Positions 49,072 through 59,399 are shown, numbered from the stretch's first letter. The stretch is DNA of 64,000 bases from Acidobacteriota bacterium (GCA_963666215.2 CAXWPL010000002.1:128001-192000), one strand, 5' to 3'. The notes: generated by a model not told the origin, from the sequence alone. Translations and numbers: made by a program.

Positions 49072-49920
49072 CTAGGGAAGGAAGGCGACGAGGGCGGCCG
49101 CACAAGCCGCGCCCACGGCGGCTATCGTCGCCGTGGTGATCAGCCGCCCGGTGGCGCTCGCGCGTGCTGGCGCGTCGATCGAGTCGGTGTCAGCGCCGGT
49201 GCTCGGGCCTGTGCTCGCAGTGAGACCCGCCGCAAGACGGGGTCCGATAAGAGCCCCGATAAGGGCGCCCAACGTGACCAAGCTGGCTTCGCCGGGCCCG
49301 ATCAGATGCCAGCGCATCGCCAGCGCCGGAAGGATCGCGGCAACGGCAAGCCCTCCGGCACCGCCTCGCAAGGTCAATCCGGCCGGCGTCGCAGCGCCCG
49401 GCGGCTCGGGCTGCAATCGCAAGAGATCGTAGCGAGTGGACGGGTCGAGCTCGGTGGTGGCCGACGCGACGACAGCCGCCGCGAGGCCGGTGAGGCCGGC
49501 TGACACGGCGGCCAGCCAGTAGCCCGGGAGCGGCCCGACAGTGGTGCCGAGCGATCCGGCCAACGTCAACAGGCCGATCAGCGCTGCCTCGGCGCTGGTG
49601 AAGGGCACGTACAGCCGAGACAGCGGCCCGCCAGCGTTGCCGACTGGCGACCCTGTTCCCGCGACGGCCGCCCGCCAGCGTTGCCCCCGAACGATCACAC
49701 ACGGCAATACCAGTGCGCTGCTGCCCAGCAGTCCGCCGGGGCCGCCGAGCAACGCTGCCAGCACCATCACGCTCGCGGAGGTTGGTAGAGCCGCCCAGAA
49801 CGGCAGCGACCGAGAGAGCCGTAGCAGGGCGAGAGCGGCGGCTCCCCAAAGCAAGGCATCGAAGGCTCGGGCCTGGATGATTGCGGCGAGCATCGTGAAT
49901 GAGCTCGCCGGCTCAGGCAT
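49072..49920 (-). CDS. Hypothetical membrane protein
   Basis: Overlaps the upstream SDR stop codon; several Ala/Leu/Gly-rich hydrophobic segments; no recognisable motif. Confidence 0.5.
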   Translation of the reverse strand: MPEPASSFTMLAAIIQARAFDALLWGAAALALLRLSRSLPFWAALPTSASVMVLAALLGGPGGLLGSSALVLPCVIVRGQRWRAAVAGTGSPVGNAGGPLSRLYVPFTSAEAALIGLLTLAGSLGTTVGPLPGYWLAAVSAGLTGLAAAVVASATTELDPSTRYDLLRLQPEPPGAATPAGLTLRGGAGGLAVAAILPALAMRWHLIGPGEASLVTLGALIGALIGPRLAAGLTASTGPSTGADTDSIDAPARASATGRLITTATIAAVGAACAAALVAFLP

Positions 49921-50938
49921 CGGGCGTCTCGCTTCCGTCGCTCGCGACGCGGTCGCGCCAGTGCTGAAGCGTGTCTGTCACGGTCTCGCTGAGTGGCCGC
50001 GCTGCTTCCCAGCCGAGCTCGCGCTTGGCGCGCCCGGGGTCTCCGACGAACAACGGAACGTCCGAGGGGCGAAGCCGTGAGTTGTCGACAACGATCTCGA
50101 TGGGCACTTGCGACAGCCCGACGATCATGTCGAGGAGCTCCGACATCGCGATCGCCCGCCCCGAACATAGGTTGTAGCCGGCGCCCGCCCGTCCGTGCTG
50201 GGCGATTGCGAAGAAGCCGGCAACCATGTCGCGCACATCGGTGAAGTCGCGTCTAGGCTCGAGGTTCCCCACCTCGATGAGCGGCGCGGTGAGCCCGGCC
50301 TCGGCGAGCGCGACACGACGCGACCATTCCGAGCAGGCGAAGGTGGGTTCCTGGCCGGGGCCGGCGAAGTTGAAAGGCCGAGCGACCAGGGTGGGCAGCC
50401 CATGGCCCCGCCACGCCTGTCTGCCGAGAACCTCGCAGCAGAGCTTGCTGGCCGCGTAGGGACTCACCGGTTGAGCGGGAGCGTCCTCGGTCGGCGGCTC
50501 AAAGCCGTCTGTCTCGGAGTTGCTCGGGTCGCGGTTGATGAACAGCTCGCCGTAGACCTGTCCGCTGGAGATCACGACAAACCGCGGCTTCGGGTCGAGG
50601 CTGGCAGCGGCTTCGAGGACAGTGTCGGTGCCCAGAACGTTGATCTCGAACGTGCGCCGGCGATGCGTCCACGATTCGCCTACGTGTGACGCCGCCGCCA
50701 GATGGTAGATGGTGGTCGGCCGGAGCTCGCCGATGACACGGCCCACCGCCTCGCGATCGAGGATGTCGCCGTGTACCAGCTCTACACCCGTGGGCAGCGG
50801 AATCGCCGCGCTGGCAGGAAGCGGCAGCGTGTAGCCGGCGACTTCGCCGCCGGCGTCGAGCAGCAGTTGGGCCAGATGTGCGCCCGCGAAGCCGCCGATT
50901 CCGGTGATCAGACTGCGCTGGCCGGCGGTAGATGTCAT
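49913..50938 (-). CDS. GDP-mannose dehydratase/RMD-family extended SDR
   Basis: ITGIGGFAG, HLAA, YAASK, GNLEPRRDFTDVRD. Confidence 0.85.
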   Translation of the reverse strand: MTSTAGQRSLITGIGGFAGAHLAQLLLDAGGEVAGYTLPLPASAAIPLPTGVELVHGDILDREAVGRVIGELRPTTIYHLAAASHVGESWTHRRRTFEINVLGTDTVLEAAASLDPKPRFVVISSGQVYGELFINRDPSNSETDGFEPPTEDAPAQPVSPYAASKLCCEVLGRQAWRGHGLPTLVARPFNFAGPGQEPTFACSEWSRRVALAEAGLTAPLIEVGNLEPRRDFTDVRDMVAGFFAIAQHGRAGAGYNLCSGRAIAMSELLDMIVGLSQVPIEIVVDNSRLRPSDVPLFVGDPGRAKRELGWEAARPLSETVTDTLQHWRDRVASDGSETPDA

Positions 50939-51010
50939 GCGAGGTTCCGTCTCCGATCGGCAAGTGCTGATGAGCGCGTCGCTCTGCCGACTCGGCTTCT
51001 TGGGGCTACT

Positions 51011-52009
51011 CTAGCGGGCCGACGTCGCCGCCGGCTGTGGACTGGTGGACCGATGTTCCACTCGCTGTCGCCAGTACTCGAGTGTTTCTCGAGCAGTCTG
51101 CTCGAACGGGATCTCCGGCTCCCAGCCAGTGGCCGCCTTCAAGCGACTGGCGTCGCCCAACAGCAGCTCCACGTCGGAGGGGCGCAGTCGGGCAGGATCC
51201 TCTCGGACCTCGATTGTCTGCTCCGAGAAGGACAGCAACAGCTCGAGCACGTCGGCGATTCGCCACGCCTTGCCGGTAGCGATGTTGTAGGCGGCGCCAG
51301 CCTCGCCCTTCTCCAGCGCCAGCCAGTAGGCGCGCACCACGTCGCGTACATCGGTGAAGTCGCGCTCAGCCTCCAGATTCCCGACGTTGATGACTGGCTC
51401 GCGCACTCCCGCCTCGATCTCGGCGATCTGCTTGGCGAAGTTGCTGACGACGAACACCTCGCCTCGCCGCGGGCCAGTGTGGTTGAAGCCTCGCGTGCGC
51501 ACGACGTGCATGCCATAGGAGCGGAAATACTGGTAGCCGAGCAGGTCCTGAGCGACCTTCGAGACGGCGTACGGTGATAGAGGCCGCAGCGGGTTGTCTT
51601 CGGTAATCGGCGTCTCATCGCGATGCACGAGGCCATACTCTTCCGACGAGCAGGCGAGCTGAATTCGAGCCTCGCAACCCGTGGCACGGAGCGCGTCGAA
51701 TATGTTGAGTTGACCGAGGACGTTGGTGGTGAAGCTCTCTGCCGGCGCGTGCCACGACGTTGGCACGTAAGACTGCGCTGCCAGGTGGAAGATACGATCC
51801 GGCCGCACCTCAGCGATGAGGCGATGCACCGACGTAGCGTCGCGCAGATCGCAGTCGATCATCGCCACTTCGTTGGCGAAATGGTCGATGTTCTCGGTGC
51901 GCGAGCGCCATCGGCGAGTGCCGAAGAGTTCCACATCCGGCATCCCGAGCGCGAGCTCGGCGAGGTGCGAGCCGGCAAAGCCTGTGATGCCGGTAATCAA
52001 GACACGCAT
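51011..52009 (-). CDS. GDP-mannose 4,6-dehydratase/RMD-family extended SDR
   Basis: ITGITGFAG, HLAAQSYV, SSEEYG, YAVSK, FNHTGPRR. Confidence 0.88.
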   Translation of the reverse strand: MRVLITGITGFAGSHLAELALGMPDVELFGTRRWRSRTENIDHFANEVAMIDCDLRDATSVHRLIAEVRPDRIFHLAAQSYVPTSWHAPAESFTTNVLGQLNIFDALRATGCEARIQLACSSEEYGLVHRDETPITEDNPLRPLSPYAVSKVAQDLLGYQYFRSYGMHVVRTRGFNHTGPRRGEVFVVSNFAKQIAEIEAGVREPVINVGNLEAERDFTDVRDVVRAYWLALEKGEAGAAYNIATGKAWRIADVLELLLSFSEQTIEVREDPARLRPSDVELLLGDASRLKAATGWEPEIPFEQTARETLEYWRQRVEHRSTSPQPAATSAR

Positions 52010-52084
52010 CGGACTACCTCCGGTGCTTCGAGTCGATGGTGATGGAGCCCGCGGCGCGTGTCCGTTGCTTGTCGCAACGGCCCG

Positions 52085-53074
52085 CTAGACCCCCGCCTGA
52101 GAGAGGAGTGGCTCCCACCAGCTTCGGTTGTTTCGGTACCAATCGATTGTTTGAGCGAGGCCATCGTCGAACGAGGTCTCCGGGCGCCAGCCCAGATCGC
52201 GCAGCCGTCCCGCGTTGATCGCATAGCGGCGGTCGTGCCCGGGACGGTCACTCGTTGGCCGAATCAAATTGGCACTCGCTCCGGCGAGCTCACAGATGCG
52301 CGCCGCCACGTCGCGGTTCTCGCGTTCCTGTTCGCGGGCGATGTTATACACGTCTCCAGGGCTCGCGTTTTCCGCGATGTGAATCAGTGCCGATACACCG
52401 TCGGCGACGTACAGCCAGTCGCGCTGCTGCCGCCCGTCGCCATACAGCGGGATGAGCTGCTCGCGGAGCGCCGACAGCACGCAGACGGGGATGAACTTCT
52501 CGATGTGCTGGCGCGGGCCGAAGTGATTGCTGGGGCGAACGACCACGGTCGGCAGCCCGTGTGTGTGCGCGTAGGCGCGGGCCAGCATGTCGCCCCCGGC
52601 CTTGCTCGCACTATAGGGATTGCGCGGTGTGAGCGGCGCCTCCTCGTCCACTCGGCCCAACCCGATCTCGCCGTAGACCTCGTCGGTCGAGATGTGGACG
52701 ATGAGCTCGGGGTGCCGCTGTCGAGCGGCTTCGAAGAGCACCGCCGTTCCCACAACGTCGGTTCGCGCGAACGGTACCCCTGCCTCGATGGAGCGGTCGA
52801 CGTGCGTTTCGGCGGCCAGATGGAAGACGACGTCGGCCTCAGCGACCACCGACTCGACAGCCACGCGGTCGCAAACGTCGGCGTGAACGAAGCGGTGCCG
52901 CGGGTTGTTTTCCACCTCGTGGAGGTTGGCGAGATTGCCGGCGTAGGTGAGAGCGTCGAGCGTGATCACGCGACAGCCCGGACGCTCAGATAGCAGCGCA
53001 CGTACAAGATGCGAGCCGATGAATCCGGCGCCGCCGGTCACCAGAATCGTATGGTCGTCGAGCGACAGGCTCAT
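52085..53074 (-). CDS. rfbB: dTDP-glucose 4,6-dehydratase
   Basis: TGGAGFIG, DALTYAGN, AAETHVDRSI, STDEVYG, YSASK, DRPGHDRRY; start by ATGA overlap. Confidence 0.9.
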   Translation of the reverse strand: MSLSLDDHTILVTGGAGFIGSHLVRALLSERPGCRVITLDALTYAGNLANLHEVENNPRHRFVHADVCDRVAVESVVAEADVVFHLAAETHVDRSIEAGVPFARTDVVGTAVLFEAARQRHPELIVHISTDEVYGEIGLGRVDEEAPLTPRNPYSASKAGGDMLARAYAHTHGLPTVVVRPSNHFGPRQHIEKFIPVCVLSALREQLIPLYGDGRQQRDWLYVADGVSALIHIAENASPGDVYNIAREQERENRDVAARICELAGASANLIRPTSDRPGHDRRYAINAGRLRDLGWRPETSFDDGLAQTIDWYRNNRSWWEPLLSQAGV

Positions 53075-54210
53075 TCGCCAATTCCAATCGTGCACGAGTC
53101 GCCAACGACCAGATGGTGGCGCGGCTGCGCGCGCACACTCTCGCCGTCGGATGCTACCTGCGCACCGTGTCGATGGGCGCCAGCTTGATCTCGATTGCCG
53201 CTGACTCGCGTGTGGCGCCCAATCAGGCTATCAACAACGCGACCCTGCAGGCCTCTCACCTGCGCGCCGCGGAGCAGGATGCTGTGCTCGATATGCGCGT
53301 TCTCGACCACGACGTCGGCTGCAATCGAGGCGTAAGGGCCGACGCGGGCATGGCTCAGACGGGCGCCGGCACCGATGACCACCGGACCACGGACGACGCA
53401 GCTTTCGATGCTGGCGCCCGACTCCAGCACGACGACGCCTTCGACGCTCGAGTCATGGTCGATGCTGCCGTCGATGCGGCGCTCGAAGCCGTCGAGCACG
53501 ACTCGGTTGGCCTCGAGGAGGTCCTCGGGCTTACCGGTATCCTTCCACCAGCCGCGCACGAGGCGCGAATCAACGCGGTCGCCCCGGTCGATCAGTGCCT
53601 GGATCGCGTCTGTGATCTCGAGCTCTCCGCGCCCGGAGGGTCGGATCGTCTCGATAGCCTCGAAGATGGAGCGATCGAACAGGTAGACGCCCACCAACGC
53701 CAAATCGGAGCGCGGCTCGCTGGGCTTTTCGACCAGGCGGACGATCCTATCGGGCTCGTTTGGATCGAGCTCGGCAACTCCGAAGCGCTCCGGATGCGGG
53801 ACGCGCGCCAGCAGAATCTGGGCGCGGGCATCGTTTTCGGCGAAGCCCTCGGCGACCTCACGGACGCCGTCGCGCAGGATGTTGTCGCCGAGGTAGACCA
53901 CAAACGGATCGTCGCCAACGAAGTCACGGGCGATCTTCACGGCGTGTGCCAGGCCCAGCGGCGCCTCCTGCGGAATATAGGTGGCGCGCATCCCCCAGCG
54001 TGAGCCATCGCCCACGGCCGCTTCGATCTCCAACGCGGTGTCGCCCACCACGATGCCGACATCGCGGATCCCGGCATTGGCCAGCTGTTCGAGCCCGTAG
54101 AACAGCACGGGCTTGTTCGCCACAGGAATGAGTTGCTTGGCCTGCGTGTGCGTCAGCGGTCGCAGGCGTGTTCCAGCACCGCCAGATAGCACAAGTCCCT
54201 TCATCGTCAT
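53071..54210 (-). CDS. rfbA: Glucose-1-phosphate thymidylyltransferase, long form
   Basis: GGAGTRLRPLT, KQLIPVANKP, EKP, RGELEITD, C-terminal hexapeptide region. Confidence 0.9.
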   Translation of the reverse strand: MTMKGLVLSGGAGTRLRPLTHTQAKQLIPVANKPVLFYGLEQLANAGIRDVGIVVGDTALEIEAAVGDGSRWGMRATYIPQEAPLGLAHAVKIARDFVGDDPFVVYLGDNILRDGVREVAEGFAENDARAQILLARVPHPERFGVAELDPNEPDRIVRLVEKPSEPRSDLALVGVYLFDRSIFEAIETIRPSGRGELEITDAIQALIDRGDRVDSRLVRGWWKDTGKPEDLLEANRVVLDGFERRIDGSIDHDSSVEGVVVLESGASIESCVVRGPVVIGAGARLSHARVGPYASIAADVVVENAHIEHSILLRGAQVRGLQGRVVDSLIGRHTRVSGNRDQAGAHRHGAQVASDGESVRAQPRHHLVVGDSCTIGIGE

Positions 54211-54283
54211 CTACGGGCTCGCCGAGCGGGGTGCGGAGTGCGGGGAGGGGCGCGGGGTGCTGGGCAGTCGCAGCCAGGGAAGC

Positions 54284-56647
54284 CTAGCGCCGCTGCGTCT
54301 CGAAGCCGATGTCCTTGCCTACCTGGGCGAGGTTGAGCAGGAAGGTGAACTGATTCTCTAGGCGGTCGGCGAAGTTGAAGCGGCGGAAGTTCACGCCGAG
54401 CGAGCAGCACTGTAGGTTCCACGCAAGCGAGCCGCCGGCTGTGCGTAGCTCGTCGGCGGTGAGGTCCATCTGCAGCTGCCCGCCGAGAGTAAGGTGCTGG
54501 CCGAACAGGTCGACCTGGCCGTTCGCCTCGATCGTGCTCGAGCTCGGCTCGATCAGGACCTGAGTCAGATCGAAGGGGTCGCGCAGCGCGAAGGAGCGCC
54601 GCGACCAGCCCACCCGAAGCCTGTCTTTCTCACCGTTCAGGGTGGCCCCCACGCGGATGTTGGCAGGCTGTAGCCCCGGGGTGAAGTCGAACTGGCTGTC
54701 GAGCGCCACTCGGGCGCTCGGCCGCAGTCGGAAACGCATGGTGTAGGGCAGCAGGATCCGCGGCGCTCCGATCGCTTCGAGGCTTTCGTCACTCAGAGGG
54801 TCGAGGTCGAACGTGCGGGCGACGGTGATTTCGCCCACTTCCCACACCTGACGCTCGTCGTCGCGTGGTGAGTTGAAGCGCTTCGCGAACAGCCGAGTGG
54901 TGAGCTCAGCGACCAGCTGTTGCTGATCGCGCACGCGGCTGTCGATATCGTCGAAGTCGATGATGCGGCCCTCGATGTCGAGCTGTCCCACAGGACGTAC
55001 CCGGCGATACGTGAGGCGCGGCTGAATCAGGTGCTTGAATCGCGGCGAGTACTCCATGCCCGGTGTCTCGACGATCTTGAAGAACGACGGACCGACCAGC
55101 TCGACGCCGGTCTGGAACGACTGGCGGAACGCGGTCTCCTCGAGCAGTGTGCCGTCTTTGTCGGCGGTGTTCGTGTAGTAGGTCGACCTCAGGCGCGCGA
55201 ACGGCTTGAAGGTGAGCCACGGAATCTGCGTCAGCGCCACCACGACATCTGGCGAAACATTGAACCGACCGTAGGAGCCGCCGATTTGAGTGTCGGTGGA
55301 GTCGTCGCGCACGAACTTCTCGAACCGACCTACCGACGTCGCCAGGCCGACGTAAACGGGGCCGGCAACCTGGGTGCTGCGCAGCTGATAGTCGATCTCG
55401 GGGAGCCGACGACCGATGTTCGATCGTGTGTTGGTGAAGAAGCTCTCACGCTGATCGACGACGACGGTCAACGTGCTCGATCCCCAGCTCTTGAGGATGT
55501 TGGCCGAGACGATCGAGTCGCGCTGGAGGAAGCGACTCACGTCGTCGCGGATGCCGCGAGCGAACTCCGTGCTGGTGAGGAAATCGGCGCGCGCGCGTAG
55601 GGCGAAGCCTCCGGGCAGCGCCTGCAGGTGCTGCCCGCGCACGCTCCAGCCCGACGCGAATGAGCGTTCGCCGAGCGCCTTCTCCTCGGGCGTCACCTGG
55701 CGGCCGCTCAGGTGATAGAGGCGCACGTATCCGTTAGAACCCTCGCTCAACGAGTGACGGAATTCGGCGGCGTAGGCGTTGCCGGCACTCGCGAAGCGCT
55801 CGTACGTGAGACTCACATCGGCGCTCCTGCCAAGGGTCGCGAAGAACGTCTGCGAGACCATGAAGCCGCGTAGGTTCGACACCCCGATGCTGGGCAGCAG
55901 GAGGCCGGTCTGCCGATGGGTGTCTTGAAGTGGCCAGTACAGGTACGGAAGTCCGATGATGGGAATTCCCTTCACACGCACGTTCGGCAGGCTCATGCTG
56001 ACGTGATGGCCGGGCTGAAAAACCATGGTGCGGGCGCGGAATTCCCAAATCGCCGAGGTCTGGTTGCACGGAGTCACCCTGCCCTTGTGAAGCCTGAACT
56101 TGCCGGGTTCGAGCTGTTCTACGCGCTCGGCGCGGAGGTAGAAGTCGCCAGCCGGTCCTTGAGCGATCCCCACCATGTCGAGCATCGTGAGCGTCTGGTC
56201 GTCGAGGTCGCCCTCCATGCTGGAGCCGTTGAGCAGCAGTTCCTTCTGCTCGAACGACACGTTGCCGGTCGCGGCGAAGATCTTCGTATCGGTATCGAAG
56301 CTGAGCTCGTCAGCGAGCAGCCGGACCCCGTGTTCGCTGTCGCTCAGATCGACGTCGCCGATCAGCGTGAACGTCGTGCCTTCGATGGCGATCGAATCCG
56401 AGCGGAGCTCGATGTTCTCGAGCCCGGGGAAGCCGGCGAGGCCCGCGAGCCCACCGGTGGGCTCCTGCTGCGCTTGCCTGGCCGGCGGCTCGGGAGGAGG
56501 TTCGGCCATGGGTTCCGCTGCGACCGCACCAGCAATCCCGAGTGAGGCTACCAGCAGGGCCGCGCAGCTTGGGGAGGAGGCGACGCTCACACGGAAGGCA
56601 TCTGGGTGTACGCCCCTCGCCGCGGCGCGAAAATGAGGCTGTGACAT
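54284..56647 (-). CDS. lptD: LPS assembly protein LptD (start uncertain)
   Basis: OstA-like N-terminal region, TPC, RQTGLLLPSIG, RLPE, C-terminal LQCC beta-barrel end. Confidence 0.85.
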   Translation of the reverse strand: MSQPHFRAAARGVHPDAFRVSVASSPSCAALLVASLGIAGAVAAEPMAEPPPEPPARQAQQEPTGGLAGLAGFPGLENIELRSDSIAIEGTTFTLIGDVDLSDSEHGVRLLADELSFDTDTKIFAATGNVSFEQKELLLNGSSMEGDLDDQTLTMLDMVGIAQGPAGDFYLRAERVEQLEPGKFRLHKGRVTPCNQTSAIWEFRARTMVFQPGHHVSMSLPNVRVKGIPIIGLPYLYWPLQDTHRQTGLLLPSIGVSNLRGFMVSQTFFATLGRSADVSLTYERFASAGNAYAAEFRHSLSEGSNGYVRLYHLSGRQVTPEEKALGERSFASGWSVRGQHLQALPGGFALRARADFLTSTEFARGIRDDVSRFLQRDSIVSANILKSWGSSTLTVVVDQRESFFTNTRSNIGRRLPEIDYQLRSTQVAGPVYVGLATSVGRFEKFVRDDSTDTQIGGSYGRFNVSPDVVVALTQIPWLTFKPFARLRSTYYTNTADKDGTLLEETAFRQSFQTGVELVGPSFFKIVETPGMEYSPRFKHLIQPRLTYRRVRPVGQLDIEGRIIDFDDIDSRVRDQQQLVAELTTRLFAKRFNSPRDDERQVWEVGEITVARTFDLDPLSDESLEAIGAPRILLPYTMRFRLRPSARVALDSQFDFTPGLQPANIRVGATLNGEKDRLRVGWSRRSFALRDPFDLTQVLIEPSSSTIEANGQVDLFGQHLTLGGQLQMDLTADELRTAGGSLAWNLQCCSLGVNFRRFNFADRLENQFTFLLNLAQVGKDIGFETQRR

Positions 56648-56660
56648 GCAGGGCCGGTCC

Positions 56661-56699
56661 ATTGTGTCGACAGATTGTGTCGACAGATCGGGTCGATTC
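56661..56699. repeat. Tandem 13-bp repeat ATTGTGTCGACAG x2 plus a degenerate third copy
   Basis: Exact copies at 56661-56673 and 56674-56686; each contains the palindrome TGTCGACA. Confidence 0.8.
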
Positions 56700-56829
56700 G
56701 TCAGGCTGCGGGCGGGTGGACTCATTGTAGCGGTTCGCCGGGCCTGCGGCCGCGCGGCTGGCTCGATGAGCGACGACGCAGCGGGATCCGTAGGAGATCT
56801 GGCGGCCTGTCTCGTCTGATCTCGCCGCG

Positions 56830-58281
56830 TCACCCTGGCAATGAGTCCAGTGAGTCTCTCGATTCGAGCAAAGGTCGCAGTCGACCCACAAGGTAGAGCG
56901 ATCCGGTTACGCAGACGACGTCATGAACCTCGGCCCCGCGCAGCGCTTCGAAGAACGCCGCGTCAGGGTCGTCGATGGCGACGATCTCCGGTGGAGAGTC
57001 GCCAAGGCTCGCCGCCGCGATCGCCGCCAGCTCTGCCGCCGTCGCGGCGCGTGGGGACGTGGCTCGCGTGGTGATGACGCGGGTGGCGAGCGGAAACAGC
57101 TGCGCCGTCATGCCCTCGATGTCCTTGTCGGCCATCGCTCCAAAGAGAAGGTGGAGCTGCGGTGTTCCTCTGTTCGCGGTGTTCTCGGCTGGTTTTCCGG
57201 CGGCCGAGTTGCCCGTATCGGCGGTCGGCTCAGGCTGTGCAGCGGCGCCGAGGGCTTCGCGTAGATAGTTGGCCAGAACCGTCGCGGCCGCCGGGTTGTG
57301 GGCGCCATCGAAAAGAACCGCCGGTGCGCCTTCGATCCACTCACAGCGGCCGGGCAAACGCGCGCGCCTGAGTCCTGCCCAAATGGCGTCCGAGCCGAGG
57401 CGGAGGCGATGTCGATCGAGCGCTTCTGCGGCGAGCACCGCACAACGCGCGTTGTCGAGCTGGTGCCGGCCGGGCATGGCGAGCTCCAGTCCGCTGTAGG
57501 AGCGCATTCGCGCGTCGAGATCGAAGGAGCATCGCACTCGGTTGTCAATCTCGCGCAGCGGCATCGCGTAGCGATCGGCATGTACAAGCGTCGCGCCGCG
57601 CTCCAGGGCGAGCGTTTCGAGATGTGCTGCAACCTCTGGCTGTTGCGGCGCGAGGATCGCCAGGCCGCCCGCAGGTACGACGGCGAACTTCTCGGTGGCG
57701 ATCCGTAGCAGGTCATCGCCGAGCCAATCTGTGTGGTCGACGGCGATTGGTGTAATGATCGCCACCCGTGGTCGCGTGACGTTGGTGGCGTCGAGTCGTC
57801 CGCCGAGTCCCACCTCGAGAACCACGAGCTCCACACGGGTCTCGGCGAAGGCGCGGAAGGCGGCGGCGGTCAGCAGTTCGAAGTAACTCGGATACGGCTC
57901 GAGGTGCCCGGATGCCTGGAGCCTATCGGCGGCGGCGAACACCGCGCGCAGCTGCGACTCGAGCGCGTCGTGCGAGATGGGATGGCCACCGATGCTGACG
58001 CGTTCCTCGAGCTGCGACAGATGCGGAGAGCTGTACGTGCCAACGCTGATACCCGCCGCATCGGCAATCGCGGCGAGCATCGTCGCCGTCGAGCTCTTGC
58101 CGTTGGTTCCGGCGACGATCGCCGTCGGGTAGGCGAGATGTGGATTGTCGAGAGCCTCGAGCAGCTTCTCGACGCGCTCCAGGCCGGGTGTGATGCTGCC
58201 GCTACCGATGGACTCGAGGCGCTCGAAGACCCCGAACATGTCGCGACGCTGTTCCGCTTCGCTGAAGGGAAACTCCGGCAT
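56830..58281 (-). CDS. folC: Folylpolyglutamate/dihydrofolate synthase
   Basis: GTNGKSS, YSSPHL, EVGLGGRLDATN, DGAHNP, TGSLYLVG. Confidence 0.94.
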   Translation of the reverse strand: MPEFPFSEAEQRRDMFGVFERLESIGSGSITPGLERVEKLLEALDNPHLAYPTAIVAGTNGKSSTATMLAAIADAAGISVGTYSSPHLSQLEERVSIGGHPISHDALESQLRAVFAAADRLQASGHLEPYPSYFELLTAAAFRAFAETRVELVVLEVGLGGRLDATNVTRPRVAIITPIAVDHTDWLGDDLLRIATEKFAVVPAGGLAILAPQQPEVAAHLETLALERGATLVHADRYAMPLREIDNRVRCSFDLDARMRSYSGLELAMPGRHQLDNARCAVLAAEALDRHRLRLGSDAIWAGLRRARLPGRCEWIEGAPAVLFDGAHNPAAATVLANYLREALGAAAQPEPTADTGNSAAGKPAENTANRGTPQLHLLFGAMADKDIEGMTAQLFPLATRVITTRATSPRAATAAELAAIAAASLGDSPPEIVAIDDPDAAFFEALRGAEVHDVVCVTGSLYLVGRLRPLLESRDSLDSLPG

Positions 58282-58412
58282 GCCCCGATTCTCGACGTTT
58301 CTGGGTGTGCTGCTGCCCGTAACTCGGAAAGCCCGTCTGCCGGTTATCTGTCGCTCGCGGTTGGCGGCGCGACTTAGCCGCTGCCGCTTCCCCGAGCCAC
58401 CTTTAGAGACGT

Positions 58413-59336
58413 TCAGTCGGCGCCGTGCTCCGCCACCGCGGGGTGTAGGTGAATCTTGGCGACCCCGCGCTCGTCGCTTGCTGCCGCTGAGCGGCCGGTA
58501 AGGAGACGTAGAACGCGCTCCAGCGTCGACTTGAGCTCGCTACGCTCGACAACCATATCGAGCATTCCGTTCTTCACAAGGAACTCGCTACGCTGGAAGC
58601 CCTCCGGCAGCTTCTCGCGAATGGTCTGCTCGATGACGCGTGGTCCGGCGAAGCCGATGAGCGCGCGCGGCTCTGCGATGTTCAGGTCGCCCAGCATGGC
58701 AAACGAGGCGGTGACGCCGCCCGTCGTCGGGTCGGTGAGCACGGAGATGAAAGGAAGGGCGGCTTCATCGAGGCGCGCTAGAGCCGCCGAGATCTTCGCC
58801 ATCTGCATAAGCGACTGTGTCCCTTCTTGCATTCGCGCGCCGCCAGAGCACGAGACGATGACAACCGGCATCCGCCGGCTGAGCGCGTGCTCGATGGCTC
58901 GAGTGATCTTCTCGCCTACAACCGAGCCCATGCTGCCGCCCATGAAGCCATACTCCATGGCGGCGATCGTCAGTGGCATGCCGCCCAGCCTGCCCTCGGC
59001 GGTGATCACCGCGTCCTTGAGGCCGCTGCGTTCCTGATAGTCGGCGATGCGGTCGCGGTAGCGTTTGGTGTCGACGAATGCCAGGCTGTCAACCGGTCTC
59101 AGCTCCGGATCGAGCTCCTGCCAGCGGTCGTCATCAAACAGGAGCGTCAGCCGCTCGCGGGCCGATATGCGAAAGTGATAACCGCATTTCGGGCACACAC
59201 TGTTGTTCTCGCGGATTTCCTTCTCGTAGACGATCTCGCGGCAGTTGGCGCACTTCTTCCACAGCCCGGCGGGGATGTCGAGCTTGCGCTCCCCCACGGG
59301 GCGTTTGGCGCGCCGTTGCTTGCGGAACCAGGCCAT
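58413..59336 (-). CDS. accD: Acetyl-CoA carboxylase carboxyltransferase beta subunit
   Basis: LWKKCANC...CPKC, GGSMGSVVGEK, GGARMQEG. Confidence 0.96.
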   Translation of the reverse strand: MAWFRKQRRAKRPVGERKLDIPAGLWKKCANCREIVYEKEIRENNSVCPKCGYHFRISARERLTLLFDDDRWQELDPELRPVDSLAFVDTKRYRDRIADYQERSGLKDAVITAEGRLGGMPLTIAAMEYGFMGGSMGSVVGEKITRAIEHALSRRMPVVIVSCSGGARMQEGTQSLMQMAKISAALARLDEAALPFISVLTDPTTGGVTASFAMLGDLNIAEPRALIGFAGPRVIEQTIREKLPEGFQRSEFLVKNGMLDMVVERSELKSTLERVLRLLTGRSAAASDERGVAKIHLHPAVAEHGAD

Positions 59337-59399
59337 CGTTAGTGTCTCGTGGGCGAGCCGCGTTTCGGACTGGAGGGGTAAAAGGAGGGTCGTAGGCGC

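Noticed and set aside
58085-58115. FolC P-loop GTNGKSS instead of GTNGKGS
   Set aside because: This position is known to vary (e.g. GKTS); all other motifs are intact.
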